Assembly: GCA_051530055.1 (NCBI GenBank)
Contig: CM121341.1
Span: 8,286,784 to 8,350,783, forward strand
Direction: 5' to 3'
Source of the DNA: Neoechinorhynchus agilis
Lineage: Eukaryota > Animalia > Acanthocephala
Length of the DNA stretch: 64,000 bases
Under the pieces are notes generated by a model. It ran no database searches, was not told where the DNA came from, and saw only the letters and a list, made by a program, of their open reading frames with translations. How positions within the stretch are numbered: position 1 is the first letter of the stretch; each line of letters starts with the position of its first letter. A program made the position numbers and the translations under genes. Positions 36,190 through 48,600 of this stretch are shown here, piece by piece.

Positions 36190-39100
36190 TAGATAATTGG
36201 GCTACTTATCAACCTAAATCCTGTGAGCATGAGATTACTTAGATCAGTGAGTCAAGTCGATCCATTTAAAGCTCCTTTCTGCCCAGTTAGAGGATTGTGC
36301 CCAAGGGTAAGGGAGGTCATCAAGGTTCGATAAGAAAAGGCGTTGAAAGGTTAGTAGCTGTTCGGGTGGTCGACCACGTGAGAGAAAAACTAGGCCAGCG
36401 ATTGCCCAGGAATTCCAAACAACCCGAGTGGACTTATCGTTCAGACCGAGACGATTGGCTCGTTTTGCCTTCACGCCAGCGATCTTTAGCAGGCGTTTAA
36501 GCTTTAAGAGGTCGCGGGTGGGTGAGCAATATTGGGTGAAGGTATATCCTAAAATGTTGATTGATAATCGGGCGGGAAAAATTCATAAAATGCGTTCCCC
36601 GGCGCAATTTTACCGATTCTAGACCTAAATTTTATTAATAACTGGGATTTGAGTGGATTCAGCTCGAGGTCCACGTGAGGTAGAACGTTTGATAGAAAGG
36701 ATAGGAGAGAAACCAATTTTTTTCTCGCCCTCAAATTGTTGCATTCTTCTATCATCAGCGTAGAGGGCAATAGCTTTGCAAACATTACAATTTTGAACAA
36801 TATATTTTGTTGCCAAGCGAAATAGAATTGGATACAGTGGTGAGCCTTGAAGCACGCCCTTGGTCTGATAAAATGTTCTTCGAAAAGGGTCGTCTTGGAA
36901 AAAGAAGGGATTATGTTGTGCGGATAGTTAAAAAAATTTCATTATCTTAATTATAAAATCGATATCGATGTTATCGAATGCCTTTGAAATGTCCAAAGAA
37001 GGTAGGACATTTGTTGGAGTAGAAATTATCCATTATTTCTCGGATTGCAGTTGGGTAAGAAACCATGGCAGCGCGGATCAATGCAATTGTGTTTCAATGC
37101 AAATTGCAAAATAGAACGAGCTAATGCTCTCTCGTAGATGGAGACCAGAGAGTTTTGGATTGCAATTTGTCTAACTTCGTTCGATGATCTAACCTTATGG
37201 CGCTTGTTTTTGACCAGAAAAATCCGCTTGGCTGTGTTAATAGATATCCATTCATGTGGGGGCGCACGAATCATAGCTTTTGCCAAAAGACCAATGTTGA
37301 TACTGGATAAAACATTGGTGGCCTTGAAGGAAGCAGAGGAGTGCGTAATAACATCACTGACCAATAAATCAAATCTGCGTCGCTTAATGGGTAAAAAGGT
37401 GAGGCTGGTAGAGGACAAAGAGCATCCCGAGGAGTGGTCAAGACATAGGGAAGTGACCACTGCATTGAGCCCATCTTCTTTAATCCATGCAGCAGGGGCA
37501 CTGCGCCAGGGAATAAACTTCTTTTTGGCAACGATATTCCACCAAGACAACGAGTTGGGGAGAAGCGAGCTGATATGCTTTTTATCACAATTCATTTGAA
37601 GGCGAGCTCGGCATGGATAGCACAATGCTGACCATAGTTTGGCAAGTTCAGAGTTTCCTTCATTATTGGCTCTAAAGAGTTCTCTACCGTAAAGGGAAGG
37701 AAGATTGGATTTGCCCCTGCCCCATGCTTGCTTAGTGACCGTCGATAGAAAGGAATCGCTTGAATTTGCCAGAAATTCGTTGATTTCCTTAAGAGACGGC
37801 TTACTACTGCACTCGAAGAAGAGTGATGTGGAGTTATTAAAAAGTTGGATATTGAAGGAGGATAAGATGAATGTTCGATTTAAAAGGATGTTTTTTGAGA
37901 GATGCCAGATAAGAGTGTCGTGATTAGACGTTCGAAAAAACGCCGATTGGGAGCTAACTCTTGGTTTGATAGAAGACAATTTCCTTGCTAGATACAGGTC
38001 TAATGCTGAATTGTAGTTTAGAGCAGTGAACGTCGGGAGGGAGGGTAGATAATTTCGTGTGAGTCCGATGCACGAGATATCGCGCGAATCCATTTTCCCG
38101 AGGGGTCATTGAAGTCCCCGAATAGAAAATCAATTCCAGCAAATAGTAAATTCTTGATGATTGTTTTGTTATTCTTCAGATGAATCTTCTTAGGGCGAAC
38201 GTATATATTACCTAATAAGAATTTCTTCCCATCATAACAGATGAAGAATATGGCGTAGGAGAGGGCTGATGAAGATGACAAATTGGTTAAGTCTTTTGAT
38301 ACCTTCGGGTAAGTCATAAAACGTGTGAATGCTTTTCGTTTCTTGGATAAAAACCACCTCGTAATTCTCTACTTCGGTTAAAATATTTGGAATTCCTAAG
38401 CGACCACCCGAGTTCCACTGGACTAACCTTAACTCGTTCATGAGCCGGTCTTTCTCCTTTTAATAAAATCCACTACACCCTCGGAGCACATTTGTTTCTG
38501 TTCTTCGATTATCTGCCGAACGAAGACTTCATCCATCATTTCTGTGTCCGAAGCATCAATCTCTATTGGTTCGTCCTTGTTATGGAGAAACGACCTTTTT
38601 ACGGGAGCCTGAGCAACTGCTGACGGAATCACTCGACTGAGGCTATTAGAAATAGAGGTAATAAAAACCTCAAGAAGCCTCTCCAATCGTTTTTCCATTT
38701 GCTGTATCGCGGTAGCGATTCTAAAGTCCACCATTCTCAAAATGTTTGTTGGAGAGTCGCTCGGGATCTTGTCTATATCTTTCCCCTCGTTACAGCTTGA
38801 GACGGTCTCCAAGTGAGTGCGAGAATTTGGTTGGTCTGTATTGGAATTATTTCTCAAGAAAGATAACCGAGACTAAGACGGAGCAATTTTTCGCGAAAGC
38901 GCAACGACCAATTTGTCCACAGTTTTTAATTCCTTTTGAACAATTTGAGCTACAGTGTTGTTCGCCTCAATACCCGCATTCGGTTATCTTAGATGGGCAA
39001 CGTTGAATCCAATGACCCCACTACTGACAACCTGCGCATCGAGGAAAATTGAAATCGCCCATTCTAGAGATTTCGTTGGCAACAAAAGAGATTTCCATTG

Positions 39101-39650
39101 ACTGAAAAAACACCTCTTGGATATCAGGGAATTTCTCGTCTCTATATCGGCTTTCAGGGCTGCCCTCGGAATTGGTTTACCGTTGTTTCGGGACTTCAAA
39201 AAAGATAGAATTTTGCATCCGAATTTGGATTCAAATAACCTTTTGTCATCCGATTCAATGTCCGGAGAAAGACCCGACGCAATAAAACTCGACATGTATG
39301 AAGAGTTCTCGAAGACAACACCCTGCTCGTTGAACGAATCCAAGAAAGTTTGATAGAGACGTCTGTTCGATTCATTTGTAAGGTAAACCTTGAGCTTGCC
39401 ACCAAAGTATGTGACCTTTAGGATACGTTGGATGTCGTCATTGAACGATCGGTGCCATGGAATGAGAACTTTTTTATACAAGGTTGATATAGAGATGGAA
39501 TATGGCCATCTCTTTATCGGACTCTCCAGGAAATTTAGGGTGACGGATTGTATGCTGTCTGCTTTATCGATGGGAAGAATTTGATTAGAAAGTTGGGTGG
39601 CCGTATGCCACCCTCCGCCACAACGTTTGGTTGCGAAAACATTCCAATTT
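36190..39650 (-). mobile_element. Near full-length degenerate I/Jockey-group LINE (ORF1 with CCHC knuckles; ORF2 with APE endonuclease and RT)
   Basis: ORF1 knuckle CAGCQ*WGHWIQRC at ~39040-39000. APE motifs LVQWNSGG, VVFIQET, NIYVRP, FGDFN. RT motifs CHGFLP, LQGSPL, LYADD. Many stops and frameshifts. Confidence 0.8.
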
Positions 39651-39741
39651 TGAATGTGGACCCTCGCGATAGTTTAGATCTATAAAGGGAATGGATTTTT
39701 CCAGCGGGTTTAATAAAAATACATAATTTATTCGGTTAGGT

Positions 39742-40692
39742 TCAATCGGTTTTCAAAACCGAAGCCATTTCACTTTGGTACTGATAATAAAGTAAGTCAT
39801 CAATATGAGCATAGTCCCTTAACATAAGGAGCTGACCAAGATAGCTAAAATAATATAATGCACTTTTCGTCCATCTCGAAAAAACCCACCTCCGCGCCAA
39901 CATGTTGAAGTAAACGCTGAAGATATTGTTGACGGCATGAAAATAGATGGAGGCAAAGACGATACCGAAACCGGCGCCAACGACAACTTGATCAATCGAG
40001 TGATACTCGAGATACACCCTATGAAAGGAATTCAGTATTAAAACTATTAGATTTCACTTACCGACTAAGCGAAACAATAAACGCCAATGATATAGAACAG
40101 CAATGAACTAAAATTTTGGCGAGTCGTCCACTGAGAGGATAAAAGCTGGAGTCAAGAATTGTCCTAAAAATTGAAAGATTAAAGTATGTACAACAAAATC
40201 GCGACCGCGGTACCGATATTCTATAATGAGCATAAAATAACAACAAATGAAGGACATTTGTTGTGCATGACTCGAAGGCATTCCATAATTGTAGTGATGA
40301 AGCTGCTTTGGATCTAATAGATGCAAATGTACGACGACTAAACCATAGATAGTAACAAACTTTCCGAATCAGGCCTTTCAATCCTGAAGATCAGCTTTAG
40401 ACATCGATTAAGAAATTCACACAGAAAACAACCGATAAAAAGAAATATCTGCAATGAAAAAGCAATAAAAGCCCACGATTTAAAGGATGTAAATTTACCG
40501 TCTGCATGTCGCGTCGTAGTATAACTAGAACTCCGAATGAGAATATAACGAACATTGGAAGCACTGAACAGAATGCCATGCAAAAACCAATCGGATCACC
40601 TAGTTTAGAATCAATAAAAAAAGAGAGCTTCTGCATGACTTACCAGCTCGATATTGAACATAAGTAAGGTCAAACGGTGTCCAAGCAGCCAT
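39742..40692 (-). CDS. DOLPP1: Dolichyldiphosphatase 1 (PAP2 family), ~7 exons with ~43-50-nt GT-AG introns
   Basis: Spliced reading MAAWTPFDLTYVQYRAG/DPIGFCMAFCSVLPMFVI..RRDMQT/..LKLIFRIERP../YGMPSSHAQ/..VSLSR/VYLEYHS.DQV..G/..LRDY. It is colinear with DOLPP1 and includes the PAP2 motifs RP, PSSH and SRVY..YH. Confidence 0.9.
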
Positions 40693-41869
40693 TCTCTAAA
40701 GGAAAAAATAGGTTTATAGCATCTGAATCTTTTTGATAAAAACCGAAAAATCCTCAAGAATGCCTATCGAGTCTTCAGTTTGTTAAAAAAAAGGATAGTG
40801 GAATTAATAATGACGGCTTAAAAAAGATTCGCGAAATGATGTATATGGTAATCGTTGTGGCAATTTATAAAAACTTTAGGTTAAAGTACGAATATATAAA
40901 GTTAGCGTTCATGAATTCTTAATGTTTTATAAATCGATCGAGAGTATGAATTAAATTTTTTTAGGGAATATCAAAAACAAACACGTTTACGTCAAGTTTC
41001 GTTTTCGAAAATGGATACTTGACAAAGAGGTTTTTTAATGATAAAATCTTCATTTTCGTGTGCGTTTGCCGTCTTACGCGGCTAATTCAGAAATTGTCTC
41101 TCAAGTTTGTTGTTGTTGTGTCAATTTTTGAAAACAAAACTTGATCAATAATGTGGCTAGAAAATCAAGTTTATTTCACAAGATTATAAACATGTTTATG
41201 TCAACTAAACGGACCTTAGTAATGTTCTTTATTTTGTATATGATTGAAAGTTTAAATTTGAATTACAGAACTTTATTGAGCGATTTATCTATTTGATCTC
41301 AACAAATTGATAAACTTTTAATTAAAATATACCTTTTCCATTACGTTTAGTTGATTGACATACGCAAAAATCTCACATTTTCTCGGGCTGGACGCGTGTT
41401 TAAGTATACCACTTAAACCAATTAAAAATTCATCCAATTTCATCAGTTGTAAAGAAGTTGCTCATGGACTTATTTTGGTTTGGTGATATAGAGATTGATT
41501 TATAAATTACCTTTTTCGCACGCAATATTTCGTCCGCCTCGTCGGACTTCTTTAGGTCTAAAAGGTGGATCAATAAATCAATCTCTGTATCATAAAACAA
41601 AGTGCGAATAAGACAGTTAAATAACCGGAAAAAGTCCGACGAGACGGACGAAATATTGAGATCGAGATCAATAAATCAGTCTCTATTTTTATAATCGCCA
41701 AAGAACACAAAAATAGTATCGTAAAGAAATTATTCATTATAGTTTCAGTTTCAATTAGCAATGTTTGATTCAGAAATCGATTTATATTGAAAATTTTCGG
41801 CCTTTTCGTTGACTATCTTCAGTCAATTGTTTGCTTTTTTTTGTTTTTTAAATGTGAATGCGTCCACAG

Positions 41870-42234
41870 TTGAAAAAACTTGCAAGGACGAAGGACGGAC
41901 AACGTCCTACGTTGGCAAGACGGAAAGAACATTACGTTCACGTGTGACGGAACACGTGCGTAATGCGCGCAATCCGACAGCTCCGTCATACCGGTCGACC
42001 CCATGGGCTACCCATTTCGCTACCTCTCACGTTGGTGCCAGCCCAGCCTTCGAGATTGAGGTGATGCACAAGGCATCCGATCCGGTGGATCTCTCGATTG
42101 CCGAAGCGCTATGCATTAATCGTGAGAAAGTAGTGGGATTGAGCGGGGTTACGAGCAGCAAGGACAGACACAACGAGGCAGAGGGGATGCTCAATAAGAG
42201 GGATGAGCTGACGGACAGCGTTGCCCTCCTCTGA
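41870..42234 (+). mobile_element. Penelope-like element 3' fragment (GIY-YIG endonuclease)
   Basis: SYVGKTERTLRSRVTEH...WATHF..SH...FEIEV...LSIAEAL.I...LNKRDE, followed by a hammerhead motif and AATAAA. Confidence 0.85.
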
Positions 42235-42259
42235 TTCCCTTTCAGATAACCGAAGAAAA

Positions 42260-42298
42260 GCTTCCTGACGAAGACGCAAGGCGTCGAAAATTTGAAGC
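42260..42298 (+). ncRNA. Minimal type I hammerhead ribozyme motif
   Basis: GCTTC-CTGACGA-A-GACGC-AAG-GCGTC-GAA-AA-TT-T-GAAGC: stem I GCTTC/GAAGC, intact core, stem II GACGC/GCGTC, palindromic AATT stem III. It lies in the Penelope 3' region, where such motifs are known. Confidence 0.75.
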
Positions 42299-42660
42299 AA
42301 TAAGCAAATAAAACACCCATTTTCCGTTCGATAATATATCTGGACTAAAGAAGGCCAACGAAAAGACCGAAAATTTTCAATATAAATCTATTTTTGAATA
42401 AAACTTCGCTAATTGAACCTGAAAAAATAGTATCATCAGTTTAAAGTACGTGCGAATTAATTGGGACTGGAGATCATTCGGGAAAAACGAAATCCTAATC
42501 ATAAAAAATCCAGAATTTTGGGCGAGAATTACATACTTTTAGCTTCTCGTGTAGAAAATAATCACTTTTTTTGATCTCCTCTGTACCTTCGGATATTTTC
42601 GTTTCGTTGAAAAGTTTCTGATTCTCTTTTCTGTCACAACTGCTATTGATTTTTTGTATC

Positions 42661-42808
42661 TGGCGTAAAAATTAAAAGAAGTTATTGATTACGACATTTC
42701 AGAGGCACAATCTTGCCAATAAAACACTTAAACAACCTTGATGAACGCGCACATAAGATTGTGCCTCTGAAATATCGGAATCAATAAATTCTTTTAATTT
42801 TTCCGCCA
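42661..42808. repeat. Imperfect hairpin / MITE-like inverted repeat (~54-bp arms, ~40-bp spacer)
   Basis: TGGCGTAAAAATTAAAAGAAGTTATTGATT...AGAGGCACAATCTT pairs with AAGATTGTGCCTCTGAAAT...CTTTTAATTTTTCCGCCA. Confidence 0.7.
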
Positions 42809-42868
42809 TATAAAAACATGAGCAAATCAATCTTCAAACAGTAGTTGATTATGACAGTAATCCGGATA

Positions 42869-43470
42869 GTTAACAATCGATCAATTCAAAAATGAGGCAA
42901 AATAGCGAACATTTATCCAGTAGATAAAAAAAATGGTCACAAAAATGCAGAATTTTGGGAGAGAATTACATTTAGCTTTTCGTGTTCCTTTAAATACCTT
43001 CTTTTCCCGGCAAAGTTTCTGATTCTCTCTTTTCAATCGACAGACATTGATCAGTAGAGTTTTTTGGGATAAAATCGACGTTCTGACGTACTCAAATCGG
43101 TGGTCATTTAAAAGTTAACAATCGATCAATTCAAAAATGAGGCAAAATAGCGAACATTTATCCAGTAGATCAAAAAATGGTCACTAAAATGCAGAATTTT
43201 GGGAGAGAATTACATTTAGCTTTTCGTCTTCCTTTAAATACCTTCTTTTCCCAGTAAAGTTTCTGATTCTCTCTTTTTAATCGACGGAAATTGATCAGTA
43301 GAGCTTTTTCGGATAAAATCGACGTTCTGACGTACTCAAATCGGTGGTCATTTAAAAGTTAACATTCGATCAATTCAAAAATGAGGCAAAATAGCGAACA
43401 TTTATCCGGTAGATCAAAAAATGGTCACAAAAATGCAGAATTTTGGGCGAGAATTGCATATTTTTAGTTT
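42869..43470. repeat. Direct tandem repeat, ~245-bp unit, ~2.4 copies
   Basis: GTTAACAATCGATCAATTCAAAAATGAGGC starts at 42869, 43114 and 43358. Related fragments at ~42505-42640. Confidence 0.85.
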
Positions 43471-44559
43471 TTCGTGTAGAAAATAATCACTGATCTCTAA
43501 GAAAGCAATCCGCATAAAAAAACAGTGACGTATTAAATGAACAAATTTGTGGATACGAAAGAAACGACAAAAAGATGTGACGTAGGTTCATCAAAAAATA
43601 TATGGACTAAACAGTCATTTTTCTCTCTCGTTATGAAATTCAACGATTGTGTGTGTACTTTAAAAGAAATGTTCTCGTAATTTCATTAAAACTGACCATT
43701 GATTGTTCATATTCGCGATATATGGAAAAGAGTACGTCTTTTGATGCATTGAAGATGTTCATCAAGAAAGCGATCATTAATAAGAATTTATCGATAAATC
43801 GATTTGACTCCATTGCGCAATTTTCCTTTTTCGACAATGCACCGTGGTTTTTCTCTCAAGAACACGGTGCTATGAACGGCATTGTGATTCACAATGCTGA
43901 TGACATCTTGCCCTTCACAAACACAATTCTCTTTTTTTCTCATGTGGTCGACTAAAAACAATCCTCCTAAATCCTCCTGATTTACGTCTGTGTCTTACTG
44001 GCCTCTTTTGCGCAATTCTTGTAAAAACACAAGATCCATTCTGGCGTCCCTTCCCAATTTGGTCAGGATTCCCCTACGAGATTGCGCTCCCAGACTGCTA
44101 CAATTCAAGGATCCGATCGTAGTATGCTTCTATTAGGAATAGCTAAGCCAAAGGCTCACGGCTGTCAGCGCCACCTGAGCAGTCCGTACCCACCACGGTG
44201 ATAAGCTTCGACTGACGCTTTCATTGCCTCCGGCGACAGTTTCGCTCATTTCAACGCTCAAGTCGTCGGCGAGAGCTACGATGCCCTCGCTCTTCCCCGT
44301 TGCACTGGTGGATTTTGTTGCTCCCGTTCGCTGCTGCATCATCAATTGGAGCGGCACACCGACCCCGCGTTGACAGGCTACTATCAGTAGCTGTCTGGCC
44401 GCCGGAGCTCCTTCTTTTACGTGACCGACAAGAATCAGTAACGTCAAGTCGGATCATCGTAAAAGAAAGTTAGGGACCTGAAACGGCGTTGATCACGTGA
44501 CAAAAAATATTCAATGATGTGTGACGACGTAGATCGTTTCGTTGATGACAAACTAATGG

Positions 44560-45640
44560 TACGTTTTTAAACGTTGACGAGAGAGAGGACATTCACAAGA
44601 GAGAGGAAGTAGTCGAGCGAGAGGACGTTGACGAGAGAGAGGACGTATACGAGAGAGAAGAGCATACGCTACTGGAAATGGTCTGCCATCATCTTGTATC
44701 TTCATGAGGACAGCTCCAAGGCCTTTTTCACTTCCGTCACAGCACAATCGAGTTTCTCTTTTTAGATCGAAAGTCTTAAGAACTTGAGCGTTCATCAACG
44801 ATTCCCCCACTTCTTGGAAAACTTCCTCCTGCTTCGTGCCCCACTCCCATTTTTTCCTTGTTTGTTAATCCGTGCAATTCTCGGCATTTGGATTGCAATC
44901 CTGGAATGAACATTTGCAAAAAATTTGTCGTTTCCAAAAATGTCCTGAGCTCTCCTTTTTTGCGTGGTCGAAGAAGTGCTAGAATAGCTTTGATTTTTGT
45001 TGCACTTGGTCGTACATGAACTCGGTGTAGTTCGTGGCCCAGGAATTCAATTCCCCCCTGTAAGAAGACACATTTTCTCGATTCAACTTTAATCAAACTT
45101 CCTGTAATCTGTGCAGTACCTAGGATAAATTCGAGAGATGGTCTCTTTGTGTTTTTCCAGTGATCAGTAAGTCGTCCAAGTATGCTGCAACTCCTGGAAT
45201 TGCCTGCGGCAGATCGTCCATATATTGTTGAAGGATGGTCGGTGCCAAGCTGATACCGAAAGGCAATCGCTTAAATTGGAAGAACCTTCGCGTTGTGGAT
45301 ATTGTTAAATATGGCCTTGATTCGGGACTTACAAGCAGTTACATATATGCCTCATTTAAGTTGAGGCTGGAATAAAACTCGCCACCCGCTATTTTACTCA
45401 TTTCGTTCCATGATGGTAGCGAATAACTGTAGACTCCGAGATAAGTATTGATAATGACTCTAAAATTGCCGCAAATTCTAATATCCACGTTGGCTTTGGC
45501 AATCGCAACGATCGGCGTAGCCCATTCAATCGGTACGTTTAGAACCTTCTCGAGTACGTCTGCCTCAACTTGCCGTTGTAGCTCGTGATCTAACTTTTGT
45601 TTCAACGCCAGGGAAATCTTCCTACTATTCCAACACTTGA
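44560..45640 (-). mobile_element. Ty3/gypsy pol relic (RT and start of RNase H), degenerate
   Basis: EWATPIVAIAKAN.DIRICGNF, RLPFGISLAP, AAYLDDLL, KCVFLQGGIEFLGH, CDGSEKGLGAVL...PVAYA. An ~18-bp GACGAGAGAGAGGAC minisatellite follows at 44570-44660. Confidence 0.88.
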
Positions 45641-48600
45641 GAATCGCATTTTTATTAACGATAGGCGGATTTCCACATTGTTAACCGGAGCCATCGATTT
45701 TGCAAAAATCGCTTAATTTTCCCTGTATATTTCTCATATATTCAGATCCATTTTCCAAAAAAATTATATTATCCTACTCATAAGCGATGTCTAACCAATG
45801 GAAACCTGTAAAAGCGAACAATTGAGGGAAAATTCTATTTTTGAAAACAAACCGCAATTAGCAATGAATGAGTTCGCGGCCGCAAACAACTGGCTTGGTG
45901 ATTATCTTAATGTTTTACCAATGCCGTCGATTGGTTTTAAATGGATGATCACTCCTCTGGTCTCGCTTCGGCGTTGCTTGCTCAATCTCATTGGCATGCA
46001 AATGAGATGCCAAAACGTAGACACCAAAGTAATCCACGGACTTGATTGTCCCAAAACAATACCCAGCTCAACCGGCACAACTTGGCTAATACTCTAATAC
46101 GTGGAACTTTTGCAACGGTATTGCTTCCCTCCTCGAGGGGATCAATTTTAGTAGAAATGACGGAAAAGACCCTTGGGACTTCACCTGCTCGAAAACGATG
46201 ACAACGAGCAAATCGTGCTTCGCAGTTTCAGGAGCTGGTTAAATATCATAAACAAAAAAGGAGGAATACAAATGTCTCGACGCTTCGCTCTACTTTTTCT
46301 AACCTCTTTCGCTATTGATATGACCGATTGAACTTTTTGAAACTTGAAAAGTATATTGGAACCTTCAGAACTTTATCGCAAAACTATACGTTTCACTGAA
46401 GTTGCTCATATGAAATTTGTAAAATATTCTTGGTGGTTCTTTTTCCGATTCATAAATCGTTATAGAAAAGCCTTTTAAATCTTGGGGTTAACACCCCAAA
46501 GGCAAATTTTTAAATCAAAATAATCGCACTTCCGACTAAACGAAAAAATCCCAAATAGACGACAGCTGAAAACACAATTAAAATTTTAGTATTTCCTTTT
46601 TCAGTGTATAGTTAGCAGATCTTTCAATTTTAACGTTTGCGATGAAACGCAAACATCGTTCAAAATGTCCAGAGCAGTTCAAAAGAAGTTTCAATTTGCT
46701 ACATTTGAGCATTAAATTAAAACCCTGAATACAACGAAGCGGCTCGAAATTGAGACAATTCCATTATCTTTTACGCACTCATAGAGTTTTATGCCTCAAT
46801 ATGTCTTAGGGGCCCCTTTTTGAATTGAGACTGAATCTGCTGACCATTAGTCTTCTTTGTAACCTGAAAAGCTATTAATAGGAAGAATAAAAATTTTGCG
46901 AAGTGTTTTTTCTGGCTGAATAACGAGTAATATTGTATAAGTCAGAAAATCTAGATTAGGTGATATGAAAATGTATAATCGATAAACAAAAGCGGGTTCT
47001 GACCTAAAAAATTCTACTTATTTAGGAAAAATCCCCAAGTTTATCTTGCTAGTTATCCATGAGTTCCACTTTATAAATTCCAACTTAAACCTTCGGCCCG
47101 TCCCAAGTTCGGATTGGAATAAAACAATAGAAGTAAAAACCTCAACGATGGATCCGGCGGAATCGGACAGACTTCTCAAGTACGGCCGAGTAAGTGGATG
47201 AATGCAATGCCAAGAAAGCTGGAGTTAAGATCGACCCGACATATAATTTTTTGAAATCTGTTGAAGGTTCCGGTGGATCCAGTGTCACATCCAACTTCGG
47301 TGTCACACGGAGCAATCCAGAATTGAAGATTTCTCAGGAATGGTGTCCACAACCTCTATTTTCCTAGAACAAAGGTTTCATCTTTTTAAAATCGGAAGCA
47401 GGAATGGAAAACTATCTTCGGTCACGAAGAGTTCCAACAACAAGATTATTCAATGCATTACGATAAGGGAGCAGTTTAACAACAATTATCGAATTTCAAG
47501 AAAATTGTAATGATTATATAGACAGTGCAACCGTCGGAATGAATATCCTCAACAATAAAAATAAAGAGTCAACGAGATGTCAGCTAAGTAAGAAGATATT
47601 CAAGTGTCGATGCTTCATTCGTTATATTGGTCTAATCGATAATAAACTTGGATAGAAATGGGGATTTTCGATGGATATCGATACACGGAGCAATCGACAT
47701 ATTTGTGCCACAAATTATGATTATTAACATTAAAAGAGTTTACAAGAACAAGGAATTCACAAATGATTATTTTTAACCTTTGTTAATGATCCTAGAAGAA
47801 AAATCCTACGAAATCGCTTCTGAATTAATTAATGTTCTTACGAACAAGTCGAGAATGTCGATACTCGTTCAAAGATGCATTAAAGTTAAAAACATGATTT
47901 GAAAGTCATAGCATTACTTTTTAACGCTTCCCGGACCATCGAAACACCAAAAAAGTTGCATACAGTGTCCATAATTCATATTTAAAACGCACATTAGGAG
48001 TTTCTAAACAATTTCTTAAATATGTGTGATTTCATGATGAAATCGTACGTGAATTATCGCTCAAACTCCACAAAGATAATATTTGAACTCGTCTTACGGT
48101 GAAGTGGAATTTGTGCTTGGAGGAAATATCTACCAGGTTTTAGAATTCATCAACCGAACCCATTTCCTTTGTTAAACCAGTGTTTGGAATTGATGGTTGA
48201 GTGAAACTTATTTCTTCCAATTTTAAATTAAACTTTCAGCATATAAGAAAGCCCGGTAAATCGGTTGCTGCTTAATACGGCCCGTAGATATTCAAGTGTA
48301 AAAGTAAATTTCAAAGGCCTGTGAAATATAATTAAATGGTTCTTCGCAGCATTGGTAGTAATTTTAAGTGTACTCTTTTCATTTTTATGACCTCGTTTAA
48401 CTCAAAGCTCTTTGTACATAAGAATTTTAGACTTTTCTTTGTTTAGTTAAAAGAAACATTAGGTCGAGTTTTACGACCAGTCAATTTCTTCAACAATTTT
48501 AATAATATAATCTGTTTCTATTAGGGATTCTTTAACCTAAAGTAACTTCCTTCAATCCATTTGTTTTGTTTCTTATCGTGAAATTATCTAAATATTTCAT

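Noticed and set aside
43640-43955. Overlapping 65-aa and 102-aa ORFs as a gene
   Set aside because: No recognisable motifs and no supporting exon structure.
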